Source of the DNA: Acidobacteriota bacterium | GTDB lineage: Bacteria > Acidobacteriota > Thermoanaerobaculia > Gp7-AA8 | DNA length: 64,000 bases | Direction: 5' to 3' | Assembly (NCBI GenBank): GCA_019244185.1 | Contig: JAFATB010000005.1 | Span: 1 to 64,000 of the forward strand | Shown here: one piece after another, positions 58,174-64,000 of the stretch | Numbering within the stretch: the stretch's first letter is position 1 | Layout of the letters: the number at the start of each line of letters is the position of its first letter | The notes under the pieces: model-generated | The model's input: only the letters and a program-made list of their open reading frames with translations | Databases searched by the model: none | What the model was told of the DNA's origin: nothing | Translations under genes and position numbers: made by a program

Positions 58174-59205
58174 GTGCGCTGTCCCGAATGCCACTTCCTG
58201 AATGAATCGAACGCGGCGGCCTGCACGAACTGCGGGCTGCTGCTGCTGAAGGTCGCCCAGGAGACGACGGCGCCGAAGCGTCGCGCGGAAGACCTCGCCG
58301 TCCAGCGGCGACGCGCGAGCGATGCGGAAGCGGAGACGTGCCGCTTCTGCGGCGGCGCCATCGCGAAGAACGCCATCCGCTGCCAGCACTGCTCGGAAGT
58401 GCTCGACGAAGACTTTTACCGCGAGCGCGCGCAGCGGCTGCGCGCGCGCATCAACTACGCGAGCTGGGTGCTGTACCTCTTCGGTCTCGCCGCCCTGCTC
58501 GTGTTCCGTCCCGTCGGCGTGATGTCGATCGCCGGAGGTTTGCTGCTCTCGATCACCTACTACGCGATTCCCGTCGAGCCGCCGGCGTCGTCGCGCGCGA
58601 AGAAGAAGCAGCGGCTGCCGCTCAAGGAAGTGCTCAAGCGCCAGCTGAAGTTCGAGCGCGTCGCCATTCCGATTCCCGCGCTGCGCCACAAGAAGCTCGT
58701 CTTCGTCGGCACACCGCTCATCGCCGCGCTCATCGGCTACAGCGCGAACCTGCTGCTGTTGCAGGAGCCGGTCAACGACATCCTCCGCGAGAACGCGGCC
58801 TTCCGCGGCATGCGCGTCTCCGCGCACTACCAGTACTACGTCGTCCCCGGCGTCGTCGTGTACGACCTCGAGGGTCTCAGCTTCCGCCAGACGCCGATCG
58901 ACGTGCATACGGCGTTTCTCGAGTTCGCGAAGAAGCTGAAGGAGAAGCGCTACACGCGCGTCGATCTCTCCTACAAAGGCCACACGAAGTTCTCGATCGA
59001 CGGCGCATCCTTCTCCCGCCTCGGGCGCGAATACGCCAACCGCAACTTCGACTTCGTGCTCTACAACTTCACGCGCCTCTTCCACGCGGAGGACGGCACG
59101 AAGCCGATCGATGCGAAGGCAAACGACCGCGACGCGCTGCTGCAGTTCCACCGCAGCTGGTACGGCGAAGACCAGATGACGCGCACGGTCAAGAACGCGT
59201 TCTAG
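58174..59205 (+). CDS. Double zinc-ribbon membrane protein
   Basis: CPEC..CTNC and CRFC..CQHC; about 3 TM segments; soluble C-terminal domain. Confidence 0.7.
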   Translation: MRCPECHFLNESNAAACTNCGLLLLKVAQETTAPKRRAEDLAVQRRRASDAEAETCRFCGGAIAKNAIRCQHCSEVLDEDFYRERAQRLRARINYASWVLYLFGLAALLVFRPVGVMSIAGGLLLSITYYAIPVEPPASSRAKKKQRLPLKEVLKRQLKFERVAIPIPALRHKKLVFVGTPLIAALIGYSANLLLLQEPVNDILRENAAFRGMRVSAHYQYYVVPGVVVYDLEGLSFRQTPIDVHTAFLEFAKKLKEKRYTRVDLSYKGHTKFSIDGASFSRLGREYANRNFDFVLYNFTRLFHAEDGTKPIDAKANDRDALLQFHRSWYGEDQMTRTVKNAF

Positions 59206-59212
59206 CGACGCG

Positions 59213-59824
59213 TCAGAGCAGGCCGTCCGCCGCGAGCGCGCGCGTCAGCTGCTCGGCGTCGATGAATTGATATGCAACCATCCCCACCGAGCGCGCGGCG
59301 AGCACGTTCTCGCTCAGGTCGTCGATGAAGACGACGTGCTGCGGCAGCGCGCCGAGGACTTCGAGCGCGCGGCGGAAGATCTCGGGATCGGGCTTCGCTA
59401 CGCGGAAGCGGTGCGAGAAGACGAAGCGGTCGTCGCGGCGGAAGAGTCCCGAGAAGCGGCGCGGGATCAGCTCCGCGTGGATCTCGTTCGAGTTCGACAG
59501 GAACGCGATGCGGTAGCGCTCGCGCAGGCGGTCGAGCAGGTCTTCCATCCCCGGAATCGTGCCGTCGAAGAAGTCGCTCCAGACGGCGCGAAAGTCGTGC
59601 AGCGAGCCGCGGTAGCGCGTCTTGTCGACGAGGAACTCGTAGAACTCGCGGAAGGTCACCGCGCCGCGCTCCATGTCGCGGTAGCCGCCGGGCTGCTCGA
59701 GGATCTCGATGACCTCGTCGCGCGTCACCTTCGCGTTGCGGCAGATGCCCGCGATCACCCGCTCGTACGCGAGCTTGATGAGCGTGTTGCCGAGATCGAA
59801 GAGAAACCAGGTCGTCGCTGCCAT
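59213..59824 (-). CDS. HAD-family phosphatase (YihX-like)
   Basis: ATG at 59824; LFDLGNTL, LSNSN, KPDPEIF and FIDD. Confidence 0.88.
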   Translation of the reverse strand: MAATTWFLFDLGNTLIKLAYERVIAGICRNAKVTRDEVIEILEQPGGYRDMERGAVTFREFYEFLVDKTRYRGSLHDFRAVWSDFFDGTIPGMEDLLDRLRERYRIAFLSNSNEIHAELIPRRFSGLFRRDDRFVFSHRFRVAKPDPEIFRRALEVLGALPQHVVFIDDLSENVLAARSVGMVAYQFIDAEQLTRALAADGLL

Positions 59825-61431
59825 CACATCCTGAAGACGCCGAAGCGCGGCTCCGCCATGCGCGCGTTGTACGCGATCGACAGACCCAGGCCGAGGTAGA
59901 CGCGCGTGTCGGCGGGATCGATCACGCCGTCGTCCCACAGGCGCGCGGTCGAGTAGTACGGGCTGCCTTCCGCCTCGTATTTCGCGAGCACCGGATCGGC
60001 GATGGCGCGCTCCTCTTCCTGCGAGAGCTCCTGCCCCGCGCGCGCGAGCTGATCGCGTTTGACAGTCGTCAGCACGCCCGCGGCCTGCTCGCCGCCCATC
60101 ACGCTGATCCGCGCGTTCGGCCACATCCACAGAAAGCGCGGCGAATACGCACGGCCGCACATGCCGTAGTTCCCGGCGCCGAACGAGCCGCCGATGATCA
60201 CCGTGAACTTCGGAACGGTCGAGTTGGCGACGGCGTGCACCATCTTCGCGCCGTCCTTCGCGATGCCGCCGCGCTCGTACTGCTTCCCCACCATGAAGCC
60301 GGTGATGTTCTGCAGGAAGATCAGCGGAATGCGCCGCTGGTTGCACAGCTCGATGAAGTGCGTGGCCTTGAGCGCGCTCTCCGAGAACAGCACGCCGTTG
60401 TTCGCGAGGATGCCCACCTTGTATCCGAAGATCCGCGCGAATCCCGTGACGAGCGTCGTCGCGTAGCGCTCCTTGAATTCCTGGAAGCGCGAGCCGTCGA
60501 CGATGCGCGCGATCACCTCGCGCACGTCGTACGGCTTGCGCAGGTCGCGCGGAATGACGCCGTACAGTTCTTTCGGATCGTAGAGCGGATCCTCGGATGC
60601 AACGCGCGTCGGCGGCTCCTGCTTCTCGAAGCGCAGGTTCTCGACGATGTTGCGCACGATGGCGATCGCGTGGTGATCGTCTTCCGCGAAGTGATCCGCG
60701 ACGCCGCTGATTCTCGTGTGCACGTCCGCGCCGCCGAGCTCCTCGGCCGTCACTTCTTCCCCCGTCGCCGCCTTCACGAGCGGCGGTCCGCCGAGGAAGA
60801 TCGTGCCGGTGTTCTTCACGATCACGGCTTCGTCCGACATCGCGGGCACGTATGCGCCGCCCGCGGTGCACGAGCCCATCACCGCGGAGATCTGCGGGAT
60901 CTCCTGCGCCGACATGACGGCCTGGTTGTAGAAGATGCGGCCGAAGTGCTCGCGGTCGGGGAAGACGTCCGCCTGCAGCGGCAGGAACGCGCCGCCGGAA
61001 TCGACGAGGTAGATGCACGGCAGCTGGTTCTGCAGCGCGATCTCCTGCGCGCGCAGATGCTTCTTCACGGTCATCGGAAAGTACGTCCCGCCTTTGACCG
61101 TGGCGTCGTTCGCGATGATGAGGCACTCGCGGCCGTGGATGCGGCCGACGCCGGCGATCATGCCCGCGGCCGGCGCCTCGTCGTCGTACATGCCGTTCGC
61201 GGCGAGCGGCGCGAGCTCGAGGAACGGCGTGTCGGGATCGAGCAGTTCCGCGATGCGTTCGCGGGGCGGCACCTTGCCTTGTTCGCGATGACGCGCGAGG
61301 TATTTCGGTCCGCCGCCCTGACGCGCGGCGGCGATTCGCTGGTTGAGTTCATCGACGAGACCCTGCATGCGCTCCGCGTTCGCGCGGAAGTCGTCGGAGG
61401 CAGGATCGAGATGGGTATCGAGCGCTTCCAT
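59824..61431 (-). CDS. Acyl-CoA carboxylase carboxyltransferase subunit (methylcrotonyl-CoA carboxylase beta-like)
   Basis: [36 protein letters not shown] and ARLWDDG. Confidence 0.93.
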   Translation of the reverse strand: MEALDTHLDPASDDFRANAERMQGLVDELNQRIAAARQGGGPKYLARHREQGKVPPRERIAELLDPDTPFLELAPLAANGMYDDEAPAAGMIAGVGRIHGRECLIIANDATVKGGTYFPMTVKKHLRAQEIALQNQLPCIYLVDSGGAFLPLQADVFPDREHFGRIFYNQAVMSAQEIPQISAVMGSCTAGGAYVPAMSDEAVIVKNTGTIFLGGPPLVKAATGEEVTAEELGGADVHTRISGVADHFAEDDHHAIAIVRNIVENLRFEKQEPPTRVASEDPLYDPKELYGVIPRDLRKPYDVREVIARIVDGSRFQEFKERYATTLVTGFARIFGYKVGILANNGVLFSESALKATHFIELCNQRRIPLIFLQNITGFMVGKQYERGGIAKDGAKMVHAVANSTVPKFTVIIGGSFGAGNYGMCGRAYSPRFLWMWPNARISVMGGEQAAGVLTTVKRDQLARAGQELSQEEERAIADPVLAKYEAEGSPYYSTARLWDDGVIDPADTRVYLGLGLSIAYNARMAEPRFGVFRM

Positions 61432-61446
61432 GAGCGCCGAAGGCTA

Positions 61447-62079
61447 TCAGAACGCGGCGAGCCTGCGCGCGAGGAGCACGAGCTCTTCGCGCGACAACGC
61501 GTGCGCGGATCGCCCGAGCGCTTTCGCGAAGCGCACGTCGCGGCCTTCGAGGCGCGCGAGCTCGTCGTCGTGCGTCTCGGCCACGCGATCGACGAGTCGC
61601 ATCTGCACCGCGTCGTCCGCGGACAGCACGCGGTTCGCGAGAAACAGCTGATGCGCCGCCGGACGCGACACGACTCCGCGCCAGCGCGAGGTGCCGCCAA
61701 AGCCGGTGACGATGCCGAGGCGCGCGCCGGGATGCGCGAACCGCGAGCGCGGCGTGGCGAAGCGGAGGTCGAACGCGAGCGTGAGGTCGAGCGCGCCGCC
61801 GAAGCAGTCGCCGTCGATGAGCGCGACCGTGAGATACGGCAGGCGCTCGATGGTGTCGAAGAGCTCCTGGCCGAGGCGCGCGAAGTCGTCCGCGTCGCGC
61901 GCGGTGAAGCGCTGCATCTCCGCCATGTCCGCGCCGGCGGCGAAGAGACTGGGGCGGCCGGAGCGGAAGACAAACAGCGTCGTGTCGTCGTCGTGCGGGA
62001 GCGCGTCGCGAATCCGACGCAGCGCCGCGCTCGACAGCAGGTTCATCCCGCCGTCGTCGAACACGAACTCGCGGCGCAT
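61447..62079 (-). CDS. Enoyl-CoA hydratase/isomerase (crotonase) family protein, short
   Basis: FAAGAD, CFGGALD and LGIVTGFGG. Confidence 0.82.
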   Translation of the reverse strand: MRREFVFDDGGMNLLSSAALRRIRDALPHDDDTTLFVFRSGRPSLFAAGADMAEMQRFTARDADDFARLGQELFDTIERLPYLTVALIDGDCFGGALDLTLAFDLRFATPRSRFAHPGARLGIVTGFGGTSRWRGVVSRPAAHQLFLANRVLSADDAVQMRLVDRVAETHDDELARLEGRDVRFAKALGRSAHALSREELVLLARRLAAF

Positions 62080-62089
62080 CGGCGCGCGC

Positions 62090-62488
62090 TCAGCGCTGCA
62101 CGGCGTTGCGGATCGCGTCGACTGCCGCGGACGTCGGCGTGCCCGGCAGGAAGATCTCGCGGATGCCCATCGCCTTCAGCTTGGCTACGTCCTGCTCCGG
62201 GATGATGCCGCCGGCAACGACCACGATGTCGTCCGCATCGCCTTCCTTCAGCAGCCGCATGATCTCGGGGAAGAGCACGTTGTGCGCGCCCGACAGGATC
62301 GAGAGTCCGATCGCGTCGACGTCTTCCTGGATCGCGGCGGCGACGATCTGTTCGGGCGTCTGCCGCAGTCCGGTGTAGATCACTTCCATCCCCGCGTCGC
62401 GCAGCGCGCGCGCGATCACTTTTGCGCCGCGGTCGTGGCCGTCGAGGCCGGGCTTCGCGATCAGCACGCGGATTTTTCTGTCGCTCAT
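62090..62488 (-). CDS. Cobalamin-binding small subunit of an acyl-CoA mutase (methylmalonyl/isobutyryl-CoA mutase type)
   Basis: [19 protein letters not shown] and GGIIP. Confidence 0.93.
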   Translation of the reverse strand: MSDRKIRVLIAKPGLDGHDRGAKVIARALRDAGMEVIYTGLRQTPEQIVAAAIQEDVDAIGLSILSGAHNVLFPEIMRLLKEGDADDIVVVAGGIIPEQDVAKLKAMGIREIFLPGTPTSAAVDAIRNAVQR

Positions 62489-63087
62489 GAGCGTGTCTCC
62501 TCCGGCGCGCCGTCGCGGAAAATCGAGAGGATCACGATGTCGTGGTACGACCCCTCGCGATAGAACTCGCGCGCCAGACGGCCCTCCTGCACGAAGCCAT
62601 GCGTTTCGAGAATGTGCTTCGCGCGATCGTTGTAGTCGAAGATGTGGATGCGCAGCTTGCGCAGGTTCATCTCATCGAAGGCGAACCGCACCAGCGTGAC
62701 GATGGCGTCCGTGCCGAAGCCGCGGTTCCACGCGCTCGGCTCGCCGATGAAGAGGCCGAACTCGCCGGTGCGCGAGACCCAGTCGATGTCGTGGATCGAT
62801 GCGTTGCCGACGTGCGAGCGGTCGTCCTTCCGCTCGATGGCGAAGTGACGCTCGGAAGGACTCGGATGCATGGCGCGGTCGAGCCATTCGATCTCGTTCT
62901 GAAACGCGATCGGATAGCGCGACTTCAGCGTGCGCACGATGTTCGGATCGTTCATCCAGCGATAGCAGCGCTCCGCGTCCTCGCGCTCGAACGCGCGCAG
63001 GATCACGTGCTCGCCGGCGATCATAAAGCGCCGTCGCGAGGTCTCGCGCGGCTCCGGCGCAAACGCGCGTTCCGTTCGGTCTGCCAT
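62485..63087 (-). CDS. GNAT acetyltransferase (RimJ/RimL-like)
   Basis: LRAFE..WMNDP, WNRGFGT, FDEMNL and GFVQEG; start at 63087 or 63024. Confidence 0.85.
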   Translation of the reverse strand: MADRTERAFAPEPRETSRRRFMIAGEHVILRAFEREDAERCYRWMNDPNIVRTLKSRYPIAFQNEIEWLDRAMHPSPSERHFAIERKDDRSHVGNASIHDIDWVSRTGEFGLFIGEPSAWNRGFGTDAIVTLVRFAFDEMNLRKLRIHIFDYNDRAKHILETHGFVQEGRLAREFYREGSYHDIVILSIFRDGAPEETRS

Positions 63088-63136
63088 CCGTCGGCGCGCG
63101 ATTATAGAGGCATCGATGCTGCAGCGAACGCGCGTC

Positions 63137-64000
63137 ATGACCACCCGCACCGCCGATGCTTCCGCCAGCGGCACGTTTTCCCTCGGCCACGACCTTCCCG
63201 TCCACCGTCTCGGCTTCGGCGCGATGCGCATCACCGGCGACGGCGTGTGGGGTCCGCCGAAAGACCGCGCGGAGGCGATCGCCGTGCTGCGCGCCGCCGT
63301 CGAGCACGGCGTCAACCTCATCGACACGGCCGAATCGTATGGACCGCATGTCAGCGAAGAGTTGATCGCCGAGGCGCTGCATCCGTATCCGCAAGGGCTC
63401 GTCATCGCGACGAAGGGCGGCTTCGACCGCTCCGGTCCCGGCAAGTGGGAAGCGAATGCACGACCGGAGCGGCTGCGCGAAGAGCTCGAAGGCAGCCTGC
63501 GCCGCCTGCGCGTCGACCGCATCGATCTCTGGCAATTGCACCGCATCGACAGCAAGGTTCCCGAGGACGAGCAGTTCGGCGCGATGCGCGAGTTCCAGCG
63601 CGAAGGCAAAGTGCGGCACGTCGGCTTGTCCGAGGTGAACGTCGAGCAGATCGAACGCGCGCGCAAGTTCGGACTCGACGTCGTGTCCGTGCAGAACCGC
63701 TACAACCTCGCCGACCGCGAGTGGGAAGATGTCGTCGACTACTGCGAGCGCGAGCACATCGGCTTCATCCCGTGGTACCCGCTCAACACCGGCAAGCTCG
63801 CGAAACCGGGCGACGCGCTCGCCGAAATCGCCAAAGCCCACGACGCCACCCCCGCCCAGATCGCCCTCGCCTGGCTGCTGCGTCGCGCGAAAGCCATGTT
63901 GCCGATCCCGGGGACATCGCGCGTCAAGCATCTCGAGGAGAACATGGTCGCGGCGTCGATCGAGTTGAGTGACGAGGAGTTCGCGAGGATCTCGAGCTAA
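63137..64000 (+). CDS. Aldo/keto reductase
   Basis: [34 protein letters not shown] and PIPGT. Confidence 0.93.
   Translation: MTTRTADASASGTFSLGHDLPVHRLGFGAMRITGDGVWGPPKDRAEAIAVLRAAVEHGVNLIDTAESYGPHVSEELIAEALHPYPQGLVIATKGGFDRSGPGKWEANARPERLREELEGSLRRLRVDRIDLWQLHRIDSKVPEDEQFGAMREFQREGKVRHVGLSEVNVEQIERARKFGLDVVSVQNRYNLADREWEDVVDYCEREHIGFIPWYPLNTGKLAKPGDALAEIAKAHDATPAQIALAWLLRRAKAMLPIPGTSRVKHLEENMVAASIELSDEEFARISS

Overview
A gene-dense, high-GC bacterial chromosome segment. Acidobacteriota, probably Thermoanaerobaculia-like, is my inference from gene content and is not proven. I saw no rRNA, tRNA, CRISPR array, transposase or prophage. Main contents: (1) A full set of respiratory complex I genes split into three transcription units: nuoA-E-F(partial) on the minus strand, nuoG-H-J-K-[inserted acidic protein]-L-M-N-rex, and nuoB-CD-I about 30 kb away. 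Rex-type operators lie in front of the last two units. (2) The standout locus, 15.1-24.0 kb, is a putative operon with a cohesin-dockerin-like surface assembly. It encodes a 2087-aa secreted protein (Asp-box propeller, Ig-like tandem repeats, IPT/TIG, dockerin-like duplicated Ca-binding motif, C-terminal cohesin-like domain), a small cohesin-like protein with an IPTL-CTERM-type anchor, and a cohesin-like/Ig/Fn3 protein. Upstream are a two-component cluster and a perfect 19-bp palindrome. (3) A FabF-methyltransferase-FAD oxidoreductase cassette divergent from a BTAD-receiver regulator. (4) A glycan-tailoring cluster with a radical SAM enzyme, a nucleotidyltransferase/small-protein pair, a cytochrome c lipoprotein plus beta-barrel pair, and acyl-CoA catabolism genes. 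Non-coding signals include two mutually exclusive hairpins at the nuoL ribosome-binding site, a candidate minus-strand small RNA or peptide at 47.8-47.9 kb, and TANNNT -10 boxes 6-13 nt before many start codons, suggesting leaderless transcripts. All calls come from reading motifs by eye; no database searches were run.
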